The position numbers and the translations under genes were made by a program. DNA of 54,077 nt from an uncultured virus (IMG/VR IMGVR_UViG_3300038465_000034) (Duplodnaviria > Heunggongvirae > Uroviricota > Caudoviricetes), in IMG/VR virus record IMGVR_UViG_3300038465_000034; one strand, written 5' to 3'. The notes under the pieces were generated by a model. It saw only the letters and a list, made by a program, of their open reading frames with translations. It did no database searches and was not told the DNA's origin. Of the stretch, positions 9,179 through 20,714 are shown piece by piece; the first letter of the stretch is position 1, and each line of letters starts with the position of its first letter.

Positions 9179-11705
9179 TTGAAGCCTCCGGTGCGGCGGC
9201 TGCCATCGCCATTTCTCTTACAATTCCAGCCCGTTCATCCATCATGGCAACGTAGTCGATGATGGTGCTTTGTGCGGTTGCACTCCAATCACTAATGTCC
9301 AGCGTGAGCATCGGGTACTGAGGAATGACCGTTGCCCATTTTTCGTCAAAGTCGATGGTGTGGTTGATGGTGTAAAGGCCGCGACTCGCTGCGGCTTTCA
9401 AGACACGATGTAAAGCTCTCTCTTCCGACGAATGCTCTCTGGATGCCAACGCCAACGCTTCGGCGAACTTTTGGAGCGGACTGAAAGGACTCAGGAGCCG
9501 TTCGGTCGCCAATCGTGGTAGTACGTTGTCGTAGTCGCATGTGAATGGCTTGAGCATCGTGGTCAAGTCCAACTCTTTCATAGGCGTCATGATCTTCGGG
9601 ATCATGCCCATGACGTGCGGGATCAATTCCACCCACTCGGTCGTTCTCTTTCGCAGCTTGCTCTTTGTACGGAGACCGTAGACGGGGGTCTCGGAGGTCA
9701 GGCCGAAACAGCCCGCCACACGAACAGTTTTGACGAAACTAATCAAGTCGCTCGGGCTGCTGTACTCAGATTCAAGCGCCTTGTATCGCTCAAGCGGGAC
9801 ATAATATTTTACGCCAGTGGGCTGCTCGTCTGAGCGATCCCATGCCTTTGACCAGCCTGTGCCTCTGCGACTACAGTTTACGGAGTCCTTCAAGGTCACA
9901 ATCGTCCGACGTTCCGCAGGCACTCGTGGATTCGTGTTCCGCAGGTCAATGATTGGCGAGTACACCGATTTGATCTCGCTCAGGTTCCGCACAGCGGGGT
10001 TGCCGAGTTTCTTGAGCAACCGCTTGGCCTGCCTGATGACCGTCTTGATTTGCACGTGCCGATTTGCACGTCCGATCACGTAGACTTTCTTTTTCTTCCC
10101 TTTGGCGTCATCGCCCACGCCTACGTTATCCGCCGCCTGCTGGATGAAGTAGTGGATGTACTTGTCCCCGCCAACCTTCAAATCGTTGATGACGAACAGA
10201 ACGGAGGGCTCCACTTCCACTTCATGGTCATAGACACTCTTCTGTTCCGCTCCGCTACCGACTGTCGCAATGGCGTTCTGCCGTGCATAAGCATCAGTCA
10301 CGGTGAACAGGGTGCCCTTCTCGGCACGCTTCGCGTTTCCACCGCGCCAGTTATGGGCAAATCGTGTGACCTGAATGCCTTCGTAATCCAAATCGTTGAT
10401 GACGGGCTTCTTCTCGTCGAGTGAGAAATTGTCATACTTGCCGTACAGCTTGCCCGTGTTCCACGCATCGTTGACCAGCTTGCCCAGACCCTCGGTATGA
10501 CCGAGTTCGAAAATCTTGATGCGAGCGTCCCACGAGTTACCGCAAGCGTTGATGGTGTTTCGTACTTCTTCCATCAGGCCCGTAAAAACTTCGTCCAGCA
10601 TGGCGAGAATATTGCTGATGGTGCGGTCGTTCAATTCCAGCGTCTCACGGCTGACGGCGGGATCGAGTGAGCCAATTGGAAACCAAAGGTCGATAGGCAT
10701 CAGCAGCAGCTTCTTTTGATAGTCGGTGGTGCGACTGATGTCAATGTGACCGACGTTGTACGGCACGTTGCCCTGAATCGCACGTACGGCGGTCCCCTGC
10801 GGCGTGCCCGGCACCGCCCGCATCCCCCACTTCTCCGTCTGGATCGAATAGAACTTCTCGGTCTTGCGGGGATTCTGGAGCGGGAAGCCTTCGATGTTGA
10901 TGATCGGCAGCGGATCGAAGAACGGGAACACGATTTTCGCTTTGTTCTCGTACTCCCAGATCGAATTCTGCGGCACGTCGAACTTGACGCTCAGGCCGAG
11001 GGACTCTTTGGGCGTCTCCATTTCAGCCGACAAGCGAATGCCGGGTTCGCCCTCTTCGACCAGCGCGTCGTAAATGCGGGTGGTGAACGGCGTGCGAACA
11101 CTATCCTGCCCAACGCCTTTGCAAACGTGAGTGCCCTCTTCCTCAGGCAGTACGTTCCCGTGGTCGTCGTAAATTTTGTCCGCCGCAACCTTCTGACTAA
11201 TCTTGCCATCCTCGCGGAGCAACGTAATCATGTCGCACACAGGGCAGATGCCGCTATCGCCTTGAAAGCGGTCGATGACGGTGAAGCCTTGCGGCTCTTC
11301 CGTGCCGGTCTTATCATTCTTGATCGTCAGGCAGAAGGGCGACTTGGACCCGAGGCCGAGCGCCCCGATGAACTTGTCGCTGTCGGATTTGTTGGTGCCG
11401 AAGTAGGTGCAGAAAAGATCAACGATGTCGCGGTGACTCATGCCCGTGCCGTAGTCCTTCACTTCAAAGTACGGCTGGAAATCGGTAGGTAGGTGAATCT
11501 CGAAGGGAACCTCAGGTTTGTCGGCGGCGATGTGTGCGTCCCATGCGTTGCATGAAAGTTCACGTAACACGGCTCGAATCTTGTCGGAGTAGAGGCGGCT
11601 GCTCATGGTTTCGAACGCCGCTTTGGACTGGGCTATGCGATATCTGCCGAGGGAAGCTCCCCCGCTCGTAGTGGCTTTCTCTTCACCGCGATGGCTGAGT
11701 TTCAT
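9171..11705 (-). CDS. rIIA: rIIA-like protein (N-terminal GHKL/Hsp90-like ATPase)
   Basis: LYSDKIRAVLRELSCNAWDAH, VKDYGTGMS, IGALGLGSKSPF, F.IGSLD...SRETL. Confidence 0.9.
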   Translation of the reverse strand: MKLSHRGEEKATTSGGASLGRYRIAQSKAAFETMSSRLYSDKIRAVLRELSCNAWDAHIAADKPEVPFEIHLPTDFQPYFEVKDYGTGMSHRDIVDLFCTYFGTNKSDSDKFIGALGLGSKSPFCLTIKNDKTGTEEPQGFTVIDRFQGDSGICPVCDMITLLREDGKISQKVAADKIYDDHGNVLPEEEGTHVCKGVGQDSVRTPFTTRIYDALVEEGEPGIRLSAEMETPKESLGLSVKFDVPQNSIWEYENKAKIVFPFFDPLPIINIEGFPLQNPRKTEKFYSIQTEKWGMRAVPGTPQGTAVRAIQGNVPYNVGHIDISRTTDYQKKLLLMPIDLWFPIGSLDPAVSRETLELNDRTISNILAMLDEVFTGLMEEVRNTINACGNSWDARIKIFELGHTEGLGKLVNDAWNTGKLYGKYDNFSLDEKKPVINDLDYEGIQVTRFAHNWRGGNAKRAEKGTLFTVTDAYARQNAIATVGSGAEQKSVYDHEVEVEPSVLFVINDLKVGGDKYIHYFIQQAADNVGVGDDAKGKKKKVYVIGRANRHVQIKTVIRQAKRLLKKLGNPAVRNLSEIKSVYSPIIDLRNTNPRVPAERRTIVTLKDSVNCSRRGTGWSKAWDRSDEQPTGVKYYVPLERYKALESEYSSPSDLISFVKTVRVAGCFGLTSETPVYGLRTKSKLRKRTTEWVELIPHVMGMIPKIMTPMKELDLTTMLKPFTCDYDNVLPRLATERLLSPFSPLQKFAEALALASREHSSEERALHRVLKAAASRGLYTINHTIDFDEKWATVIPQYPMLTLDISDWSATAQSTIIDYVAMMDERAGIVREMAMAAAAPEASNE

Positions 11706-11816
11706 GTTCTCTCCTGATTCATTATACCAGAGAGAAACGTATTTCGGGTAGTTTGGCGCAAATATATTTGCGCCGTGTCACTTTTTTCTGGAAAATGGTA
11801 CTAAATCCAGCATAAT

Positions 11817-12143
11817 CTAAGCTATAGGGCTTATTTCGTCATCGGGCGCTTTTCCGTGCTTTCGAACCGCGTCCATCGCCCTCGCGACATCGTTCGCGGC
11901 CTTCTTCAAAACATCGAACTGCTTGACGATATCGGCGTCCCCGTGGACCATGCGGCGGACATCCATGAGTAGGATGAAGGCAATGAGGGTATCGGTAGCC
12001 CGCCAGAGCTTGTAGCTTTCGGTGTGGCAATAATGGGTGCAGTCCGACTCGATACACAGGGCGCACTCGGCGTCCGTCTCCGCGTAAAAACATTCCCGAG
12101 AGAGGGTTGAATCTGTTTGTTGTTCGTAAGTAATTTCGCCCAT
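11817..12143 (-). CDS. hypothetical protein
   Basis: Codirectional ORF. Confidence 0.5.
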   Translation of the reverse strand: MGEITYEQQTDSTLSRECFYAETDAECALCIESDCTHYCHTESYKLWRATDTLIAFILLMDVRRMVHGDADIVKQFDVLKKAANDVARAMDAVRKHGKAPDDEISPIA

Positions 12144-12568
12144 TATCGGATTATAGCAGGGGAATTGCAGTCGGGGTAGGAATGTCTTCCAAGACCATTT
12201 CCATCCACCGTTCTTGCGTACCTCGATAACCAGCGGCCTTAGCCTTGATAAACGACGGCTCGATCATACCTCGACAGACCATCTTGTGCGGCAGGCGTAG
12301 CATTTGTCCCCCCACCATACGCAGACGCGGCAGCTTTGGATTCTTGGGGTCGGCGTTCGCCGCGATGATCTTATCGAAGACCACACGAGTTTCGTTGATG
12401 AGTTTACAAATTTCCACGATGCTGCCGAGATTCGGCTCATAGTTCGGGGGAAGCTCGGGTGGGGTGATGGGGGCTCCGCAGTTCTCACAATCCCAGTTCT
12501 CATCGGGAATCAAATGTAGACAATCTTTGTCCATGGAAATCCCCCCTATTAAGGGTGCCCGAAAGTCC

Positions 12569-12925
12569 CTAAACAGCAGCATTTGCCTTCGCCTTTTCTT
12601 TGTGGGCTTGGGTCTGCGACACGATGAATTCGCTGATCTCGCCCATGCAAACTTCCTCGAATCGAGTACCTGCGGCGGGTGAGAAATCGTACTTACGCCA
12701 CGCCCCGTACCAGCGGACTTCGCCGAGCTTAAACTCGATCCAGTCATCTTTTAAGGTCCAGACCTCAAAGACGTGGGTCTTCATACCTTTTGGGATGCCC
12801 TGATCGACGAAAACGATGTATGACCCACGGGCGACTTCGAGCCCGTTCGGTATCTGCTTCTCGCCGGGGAAGTGGGCGGCAGAATATGCGATCTCGATCT
12901 TGTTGGGGTAGGTGGTGTTCAACAT
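12569..12925 (-). CDS. hypothetical phage protein
   Basis: LGEVRWYGAWRKYDF.P motif recalled from phage proteins. Confidence 0.55.
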   Translation of the reverse strand: MLNTTYPNKIEIAYSAAHFPGEKQIPNGLEVARGSYIVFVDQGIPKGMKTHVFEVWTLKDDWIEFKLGEVRWYGAWRKYDFSPAAGTRFEEVCMGEISEFIVSQTQAHKEKAKANAAV

Positions 12926-13202
12926 ACGGGAACATCCTCAATGGAAAGTATCGGGCTGGTGATGACTACGCGGCCATCGGCTTTTTCATGGAACGGAGGA
13001 CAGAGCATTGAGAGCCGCGCTCCCACTACCAACGGACTGATGTCGATGAATTGACCGCCATCGGAACGCAGGTCGCCCGAGTCTTTCCCTGTCGCGTAAC
13101 GTTCCCACGTCTGGTTGTCGTAGTCGATGAGGTATCGGCTGCCCGTCTCGGTGTGGACGATCTTCTTCACCTGACTATGATACCATATTTCGTCGCATCC
13201 GT

Positions 13203-14822
13203 CTATCGCGGCTCGTCTGGGTCCAGAGATGGGTCCTCGGGGTCGATGTAACCATCGATATGAGGATTGTCCCACTCAACCTTACGATTGGGGTCAGTAA
13301 TGTTCTCGGGGCGATTGCCAAGTAGGTCGCCGCCCTGCTTGAGATCGAACTCCCCTTCATGGGTCGTCTGCTTAGGCTTGTCGAAGAACCCCGTCTCCTG
13401 AACATCCTGCATGAACTTGGTGTAGCCCTCTTCGCTCAGCGGGAAATCAGGTGCCGTGAAGATCGGAGCCAAGATGTCGATGACCTTCTTGGGGACGATG
13501 CAGGGTACGCAGTTCGGGTCCTTGCAAAGCCCGTCGTCTCCCACGTTATCCAGACCTTCAGCGGAGAGAGAACTCGCCGCCAGAATGCCCGTAGCGTAGC
13601 CCTCTTTGTGCATGGCACGTTTCTCAGCCTCAGCATAGATCAGGAAGAGCCCCTGCTTGAGCGGGTTCTTGATGATCGCTTCGACCAAGTTCGCGTGCTC
13701 GTCTTGCGGAATTTCGACGCCGGGATCGGTGTAACGATTGATGCACTCCGCTTTGCCCGTCTTGAGGTCCGCAACGACGTTCTTGGATTCCTGTGACGCA
13801 CGGGCGATCTGTTCCGCCAAACGCTCGTTGTAGGGCGTCCTGAGAGCCATAGCGACGTAGTTGCTGAGGTTGGCTACCAGCAGCGGCTTGTCGTCAGGCC
13901 ACTTCGATTGATAGATCATGCGGAGCAGCGTATCCATCTCGCCGTCCGTGAGCAGGGGTTCGTGGCTGGGGTACTTTTCAGCCATCTTGTCCAGATAGCC
14001 AGCGAAGCCGATCTGCTTCAGAATCTTTGCAGCCGTCGCCCGCAACGTTGCACGATAGGTTAGAGCCTTTTCCAGCAAGTCTACTTCCATGAACACTTGC
14101 GGCGGTACGTCAAGAAGGTCTGGGTTGTTGGTTTGTTCAATGATGTCGCCTGTGTCCAACAGCGTCCACTCATCCACCAACGGAGTCTCCGCATAGTCGT
14201 CGATCATGCCAATGAGATCGGATTTCATGAGATCAAACAGGCGGGTAGCGATGTAGTTCGGCTTGCCCTCACGAGTGAAGTAGTTGGGACATTCCTGCTT
14301 GACCAACGCCCAGACTTCTTCCTTCGACCAGTCCTTGACGCTCTTGGGATTCTCTTTCGCATTGCCGTCGCAGATGCACAGAAGGTCGGCGGTCGGCTTA
14401 GCCTGCGTTGGCGTGTGGATGCGTTCCAGCCACTTGCGGACGGGACACTTGACGTTCGGGTGTACCAACACGTTGTGGAAATGGCGTCCCTCGCCGAGGA
14501 TTTCGGCATACTGCTCAAGGTCGGCAACGGTGGAACTGAACGTGCCATCCGAGGAAATGTATTGCTTACCCACACGGGCATCGCCGCCGAATATGCTCTT
14601 GCGGTTGATGATGAACGTGTTCTCGATCTTGATGAAGCGGGGGTCGTGGATCATGTTCCACGTCGGTCCCAGTGTTTCGACGAAGCCCCTCGGCCCGAAG
14701 ACCAGTTGGTCGATGATCTGACAGTATTCGAACTCCTCGCGATCTACTTCACCCTCTTCGATTTTATAAATCCTTTTGCCCTCGTCGAGCATTCCCAGAA
14801 TGTTGCGGATTCGGTCTTCCAT
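13203..14822 (-). CDS. large hypothetical protein
   Basis: ~540-aa ORF with strong GC3 bias; SD GAGG; no family recognised. Confidence 0.7.
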   Translation of the reverse strand: MEDRIRNILGMLDEGKRIYKIEEGEVDREEFEYCQIIDQLVFGPRGFVETLGPTWNMIHDPRFIKIENTFIINRKSIFGGDARVGKQYISSDGTFSSTVADLEQYAEILGEGRHFHNVLVHPNVKCPVRKWLERIHTPTQAKPTADLLCICDGNAKENPKSVKDWSKEEVWALVKQECPNYFTREGKPNYIATRLFDLMKSDLIGMIDDYAETPLVDEWTLLDTGDIIEQTNNPDLLDVPPQVFMEVDLLEKALTYRATLRATAAKILKQIGFAGYLDKMAEKYPSHEPLLTDGEMDTLLRMIYQSKWPDDKPLLVANLSNYVAMALRTPYNERLAEQIARASQESKNVVADLKTGKAECINRYTDPGVEIPQDEHANLVEAIIKNPLKQGLFLIYAEAEKRAMHKEGYATGILAASSLSAEGLDNVGDDGLCKDPNCVPCIVPKKVIDILAPIFTAPDFPLSEEGYTKFMQDVQETGFFDKPKQTTHEGEFDLKQGGDLLGNRPENITDPNRKVEWDNPHIDGYIDPEDPSLDPDEPR

Positions 14823-15337
14823 TATGCTTTCCTCTTTTCCTCTTCTTCCGTTGTCCAAGCTTCCTCGGGGTCAATCTTTTCGATCTTGTCTCCTCGGTCA
14901 ATCTTTTCGTGGATGGCATCTAGCATGAATTTGATGCGTGCTTGGCTCATTCGTTTGCCGAGAAGACAACCAACCTCTATCATGTCGTAGGATTCAGCGG
15001 GCCAACCCGTGTAAAAACTCGCGGTGGGCATCACTGCCCCGAACAGGGTTTGAGCCAATTCGAGAGTGTATCTCCCCATCGGCCAGTGCACTTCCTCTTC
15101 AACTCTCGAACCACCGCGTGTGTTGCCGCAGTCATCCATGAGTTCGTCCAGTGAGGTTGCTGATTCGGGGTGTTTGGTCGCAGGAATTCCACCTAAGCTT
15201 TCCAAAACGAAACTAAGATCGCGGAGCAACCAGTTCCCCTGTTGAGTACCGAACATTTTAGGATTGTCGTATTCCATAGCACGAGCGGCACGTATCGCTC
15301 CGATTAAAAAACATTTTGCACGATGTACATTAAGCAT
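14822..15337 (-). CDS. hypothetical protein
   Basis: ORF with SD GAGGGG and upstream AGTATTAA motif. Confidence 0.6.
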   Translation of the reverse strand: MLNVHRAKCFLIGAIRAARAMEYDNPKMFGTQQGNWLLRDLSFVLESLGGIPATKHPESATSLDELMDDCGNTRGGSRVEEEVHWPMGRYTLELAQTLFGAVMPTASFYTGWPAESYDMIEVGCLLGKRMSQARIKFMLDAIHEKIDRGDKIEKIDPEEAWTTEEEEKRKA

Positions 15338-15340
15338 GGA

Positions 15341-16369
15341 TTACCCCTCTACTTTAATACTGGCTTCCCATGTTCTTTTCGCAAGACCATCGAGATAATC
15401 AACCAGTTCGACCCGCTTCCGCCAGTCCTCGGCTATCTCGGGATTACCCACCCGAGCCCCCATGATGGTGCCCGCTATGGCGGTGGTAGTATCGCAATCC
15501 CCCGTGTTGTTCACGCAGTTCAGGACCACATCGCGGTAGGTGCCGTACCGTGCGTTGAAGAACACGGCTGCGGCAACCGCTGGGATAACGGCGAAGTCGT
15601 CCCCATTCCACTTATTAAAGGCACCGATATTGACCCTTTTCCCAATTCCAAAGCAAAAAGCGGCTGCAATATGGCCGATGGCGTACCACGGACTTTGGTC
15701 GGCTTCCCCGGGTCCGAGGCGTATTTGCTGGGGATAGTGGGGCACCACGGTCAAGTCGTCAAACTCGGAGGCGAGCTTTAGAGCGCACCCCATGGCGGTA
15801 CTAAATTCGATCCCCTTTATCGAGGCCGCGACCAGATAGCTGACAATGCCAGCCCCTAGTATGGGCTCCAGATTGTAGTGGGTGTTTACGGCGGTCAGGC
15901 AGCCGATTCTGAAGGCGTAGTCGGGTTGCTGCCAATAGTAGGCCCCCACGACGCCAGAACGCATCGCTGTGCCGTCTCCCTTGGCGTTTAAACCTCCCGA
16001 TTCGAGCCAAGGGACGCCAGCCCCCAATTTACGGACCCCCGCCATGCAGGAGCCTCCGGGTGCCCTGTGGGAGCCCCCGAGGGGGTTATCCCGCCAGACC
16101 ACGAAGTTACGGCTGACGGCCTCCATGAACTGATTTTCATCGATATGCGGAGGATTCGAGAGGAGAGCTTCACCGATACAGCAGAACATCTGGGTGTCGT
16201 CGGTGAACGTATTGTTGGGGAGCAGGTCCTCGATCACCAGAGGCGACCAGACCTTAACCCCGAGGTCATTAAGCACCAATTTGGAGTTGGCGAACTCACG
16301 CGGGTGCCCCAACGCATCGCCTATTGCTTCTCCGAAGATTGCGCCGTATACTTTGTCTTGTTGGGTCAA
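15341..16369 (-). CDS. ADP-ribosylglycohydrolase (ARH/DraG family)
   Basis: GAIFGEAIGDALG, FTDDTQM, GDGTAMR, GDCDTTTAIAGTIMGA motifs. Confidence 0.92.
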   Translation of the reverse strand: MTQQDKVYGAIFGEAIGDALGHPREFANSKLVLNDLGVKVWSPLVIEDLLPNNTFTDDTQMFCCIGEALLSNPPHIDENQFMEAVSRNFVVWRDNPLGGSHRAPGGSCMAGVRKLGAGVPWLESGGLNAKGDGTAMRSGVVGAYYWQQPDYAFRIGCLTAVNTHYNLEPILGAGIVSYLVAASIKGIEFSTAMGCALKLASEFDDLTVVPHYPQQIRLGPGEADQSPWYAIGHIAAAFCFGIGKRVNIGAFNKWNGDDFAVIPAVAAAVFFNARYGTYRDVVLNCVNNTGDCDTTTAIAGTIMGARVGNPEIAEDWRKRVELVDYLDGLAKRTWEASIKVEG

Positions 16370-16555
16370 ATTTCACCGCTACCGAGATCACTTAATAGAG
16401 CAACACGAGGGGGTAAGCCCCCATACAACTTAATACTCCCCAAGGAGGACTTTGCCCATGAACTTCAGGTTCTTTGGATCAACTGCTGTACCAACCTCAG
16501 GAGGTTGCCAGCCAACAAAAGTCCAGCCATAAAGGGGAGGTGATTCGAATCTACG

Positions 16556-16589
16556 AAAGACTCGGCTGCAATGCCGAGTCTTTTTGTTT
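16556..16589 (+). terminator. intrinsic (possibly bidirectional) terminator
   Basis: AAAGACTCGGC-TGCAAT-GCCGAGTCTTTTTGTTT. Confidence 0.7.
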
Positions 16590-17185
16590 GCGGAGTTAGC
16601 TGATCTGAAGTGTGGAGGGGACTTCTTCTACCTTCGATACCGCACGGTCGCTCAGTTTCGATTTCTTGGTGAATTTCTTCAGGGCGGACTTTGCGTCTGC
16701 CGCAAAGATTACCGCGTGTTTTGGGTTGTACTGACCCGGGGCGTCGTATGATACTTGCCAAGCTCTCATTGTTGTCTCCTACAGGTTTCCTATCCGTTCC
16801 ACTTCCAGATAGATCATACGTGCACAGTCAGCGGTATGTTCACCGCCTTCGTAGCATTTCGGCCCACAGGCTGGGAGGGTGGTAACGAATTCTTCGGGGG
16901 CGGTGGTGCAGCCGTCGTCAAAAACGATGGAATCAATGGGGCTCCCATTTTGCCCCACTATTTGGTTAGCGGCGTCCAATTCGGTTGGAACGTAAACCAC
17001 ACCAAGCTCATCTTCGCGTTCTTCAAGCTCGGCTTCTCGGGCGTCCAGTTCGGCGGTCTCTTTCTTAAGACCCTGTTCCCAGAGTATGAGAGCCCGCTCG
17101 TAGCGTTGTAGTTCGTCTTGCGTCATTGTACGTTTCATGTCTTTAGACCTCATGCGTCTCGGTCTAAGGACTAATACTGAGTTTT

Positions 17186-17446
17186 CTATTCTTTCAGTCT
17201 CACAATAGCTCGGCCACCACGACAAAACGTGGCGATCCTCATGAACCCACCATTGGAATCAGGAAGCATTCGCTGCGGGCCGTAACAATAGACGGCGTGA
17301 CCGTCGTCCGCCATGTACCACTTGCCGCCCTTATGATTTTTTTGAATGGTAGTGACCAATTCTTTTTGTGGCAGAGGTGGGCGTGTGGTTGGGATGCTGG
17401 CGAACAGCATTGTCGGGACGAGAAGGAAGATGAATAGTTTAGACAT
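17186..17446 (-). CDS. small secreted protein (Acidobacteriota-like)
   Basis: Signal peptide; HAVYCYGP...IATFCRG motif. Confidence 0.55.
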   Translation of the reverse strand: MSKLFIFLLVPTMLFASIPTTRPPLPQKELVTTIQKNHKGGKWYMADDGHAVYCYGPQRMLPDSNGGFMRIATFCRGGRAIVRLKE

Positions 17447-17719
17447 CTGCGGTCTCGGCAAGACCTTTAAGGATGGTCTTGATATCCGTAACGATCTGCT
17501 CAGGGGTCTTGTCGAGATCGACCTCATCCAAGTAGAACGATTCAGCCCTCCAGCCACCCTTACCGAGGTCTGGAACCCAGATGGCGACAAGCAAGCGAGG
17601 CGCTACGGGTGCATCAGGGTTCTCGGCTGACTTGTTGGCTTGAAACGTGATGTTGTTGTGTGCCCCACCAACCGTGGGAAATTCTTGATTGAGAAGTTCG
17701 AGTAGCCGTTTTGCGTTTC

Positions 17720-18010
17720 TCATTTCAGGTCCACCTTGAGTGCCTCTACGATTCGCCGCAGGTATTTATCCGTGGCTTTGCTCTGACGAGGGCGTGAGAG
17801 TTTGTTGAACAGGTATTCGGGACCTGCGGCCTGAACAAACTCTCGTATCGTTTTATCGCCCATTGATCCCCAGTAGGCTGCCCATGCTTCGCCGTAGCAC
17901 TCCAAAACCATCCGCCCCTTCCCCAGTTCGAAGTCCTGAAAGAAAATCGTGATCTCGTCTAGACTCTGGGCGGTTGGAACTATGTGAACTGATACTGTTC
18001 CTGTTATCAT
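17720..18010 (-). CDS. hypothetical phage protein
   Basis: LDEITIFFQD...GKGRMVLECYGEAW..YWGSMG motif recalled from phage proteins. Confidence 0.55.
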   Translation of the reverse strand: MITGTVSVHIVPTAQSLDEITIFFQDFELGKGRMVLECYGEAWAAYWGSMGDKTIREFVQAAGPEYLFNKLSRPRQSKATDKYLRRIVEALKVDLK

Positions 18011-18215
18011 TAGATTCCCTCACCGAGAAAAGTTTTCTGCTCAATCTCCTTGAGTAGTCCGCGTAGCTTTCTATCCGCTTCCCTTGCCTTAATTAGAGCC
18101 TCGGCTCTTTCAGTGATGAGGGCGGCAACTTCCCGAGGTTGGTCAAATGGCATGACGTAAGTGCCACAGTTTTCACAGGGGTCGTAGCTTGGGGTACATA
18201 CACAACGCGGGCAAC

Positions 18216-18944
18216 TCATTTTATCATCACCGTTTTCTCGAAGTGTGCTGCAACGCCGCCGCCGACAATCTGGAGTGTCCAGCCATCCGCAGCCGTCTTG
18301 ACGTACCCTCGCTTGGAAGCAAACATAGGCTCAATGGCGAGGCGCAACCCCGGCGTGAGGATCACGGGCTCATCTACGGGAGTTACACCGTCAGCTTTAT
18401 ATACCATTTCATTTGAAATGTGCGGTTGATCGTGTAAAATAGTTGAAATCCCATGCCCCCCATAGCCATGGATGACAGCGAATCCATCTCGCTTGGCAAT
18501 GGCTTCAATTGCCATGGTGATATCGTGGTTCGTATTGCCGACCTTTGCCTGCTTGATACCAGCTTCGAGAGCTTCCTTGGTGCTCTTGACCAGCTTGCGT
18601 GCGATGGCTGAGCAGTCGCCAACCAGCACCGTCAGCGCCCCGTCGTCATACTGACCATCGGGCATCTTGATGCCGCAATCCAGTTTCACTACGTCTCCGT
18701 CTTCTAGCTTGCGATCTGACGGGATACCGTGGATCACTTCGCCGTTGACGCTGACACAGAGGACATTCGGATAGCCGCCCAGACTGGCATTGCCCGTGGG
18801 TGTGTAGCCGAGGAATGCGGGTTCGCACTTGTGCAGGGTGATAAGGGCAGCCGCCATGTCGTCGAGGGTTTTGGTTGACACGCCTGCAACGGTCGCAGAG
18901 GCAACGGTGTCGAGAATGACTTCGAGAATGCTCTTTTTGCTCAT
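18216..18944 (-). CDS. map: methionine aminopeptidase type I
   Basis: CVSVNGEVIHGIP, GDVVKLDCG, YDDGALT, GGHGI...HDQP, AIEPM, AAHFEKTV. Confidence 0.92.
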   Translation of the reverse strand: MSKKSILEVILDTVASATVAGVSTKTLDDMAAALITLHKCEPAFLGYTPTGNASLGGYPNVLCVSVNGEVIHGIPSDRKLEDGDVVKLDCGIKMPDGQYDDGALTVLVGDCSAIARKLVKSTKEALEAGIKQAKVGNTNHDITMAIEAIAKRDGFAVIHGYGGHGISTILHDQPHISNEMVYKADGVTPVDEPVILTPGLRLAIEPMFASKRGYVKTAADGWTLQIVGGGVAAHFEKTVMIK

Positions 18945-20714
18945 AGTCTCCTTAGAAACGCACCCACATATTGCATCGGGTGCATCGGGTGTTGGCCGTC
19001 TCGCTGCTGTCGTAATGATATTCTCGGTCGTACTCCACGAAGTTGTGCCCGCCAAACATCCAGCAGAAGTACGTCTTGAGTCCTCCCGCAATGAGGCGGT
19101 CAATCGGCCCACACGGCCACGATCCGCCGTGGCTTGCTTGACGGGGGTTCTCGTTTGGAAGCAGGGTTAGAGTGTACGGACCACATGGTCCCTTTTCGCT
19201 GACGTAGAAAAACGGGTTAATTGCTGTTGGCGTTGCTGTCGTTGAACTCATTTCTTTTTCCTGTCCAAAAAGCCTTGTACCATGTCATTGAACTTCGCTG
19301 CACCTTTACTAACTTCATCGCCGCCGAACAAGTCCCCGAGTCCATCGAACACGCTCGGTTTAACGCCCAGCCCCTTGAGTTTGTCGGCGGTTTCTCGAAG
19401 CTCAATATAAGTCCGATCCATCGTCAGTTGAAGCTCGGCATCGGGCAGGCGGACAGTCACGACTTTCCCGATGATGAGCATCTCGATCTGTTCTTCCGAG
19501 AATTTGATCTTGGCAACTTTCATACGCTCTTGTGGGTACACACCTTCTCGTGCTCATCGCGGCATTCGGTTTTATTGCAGACGTACACAGTGGTTTGCGT
19601 GTCGATGCGACAATCGGAGCAAGCCCAATACGTAACCTTGCCGCAGATAACACATGGACCCGTGTTGTGCCATTTGTGCCACGTTCCATCGGGGTACTTG
19701 ATGCCCCAAGAGCCGTCATCTCTGTGCGTCTTGACAAACGCCAAAGCCTCTTCCAATGTGGGAAAAGCCTCGTCGGGGTGCTCGGAGCCTCCCTGACCTT
19801 GCGTTCCATACACTTCGTAGCTCATAGCTTGTCCGCCGCCTCGTGCGCTTCTCGCTCGCCCCTGTTTAGCTCTCGCTCTTTGAACATGATGGCTCCCTCA
19901 CGCAGGGTTTTGTAGATGATATCACGACCCGATGTCCCGACCATCACCTTACCAAGATAGGTTTCGGCAAGACGATCCGCCCGATCCTTAAGATCGAAGT
20001 CTAGTTCGAAATCCACGTTGACAGTGGCTTCGGCGAGTTCTCTATTCCATGCACTGCTCATATTACGTCCACGCTTCCGCCGACCGAGACTGGGCGCGAG
20101 CCGCGTGCTCGGATGTCGGCAAATATCTGCCTGATGTTCCTCTCGCGGACATACCCCAAGAAGTATTGCATTATCCCGAGAAGGACTATAGTCAGCGTTC
20201 CGCCCACGATCTGGACAAGTCGTCCATTGTGGGTTCTCGGAACCAGACCGACATACGGACCACAGATCAGGGTGAATGGGATGATGCTTTGCATCGGGAT
20301 GAGAATGGCGTACTTTAGCTTGAGATTCACGCGGATACCTCGAAAGAAGTCACTCGCTTCTTCACACATGTCGGACATTCTGGGTGAGTGTGGAATTGAT
20401 GGAAGCCTTCCACGTCGTACATCGGGTACTCGAACGCTCCATGGATAGTGCAACTGGCTTTGAGTTTGGCTTTTCTCATTTCCCGCTGCTCACGAGCAAC
20501 CATTCTTGCTTCCTTTGGCGGCAGAGGTTTCAGGCGGGACGCCAGCACGGGCTCACGCCGCAAAACCTCGAACGAATAGTTCTCACCCTTCACTGTAGCG
20601 GGGACATCCACCCAATAGCGGAACGGGAACTTCTTCGTGCCGTCGCCAGTTACATCATGGACGAACACGCGACTAAATGTCTTTTCACCCCTTAGCAATT
20701 GGATGCTGTGCTTC

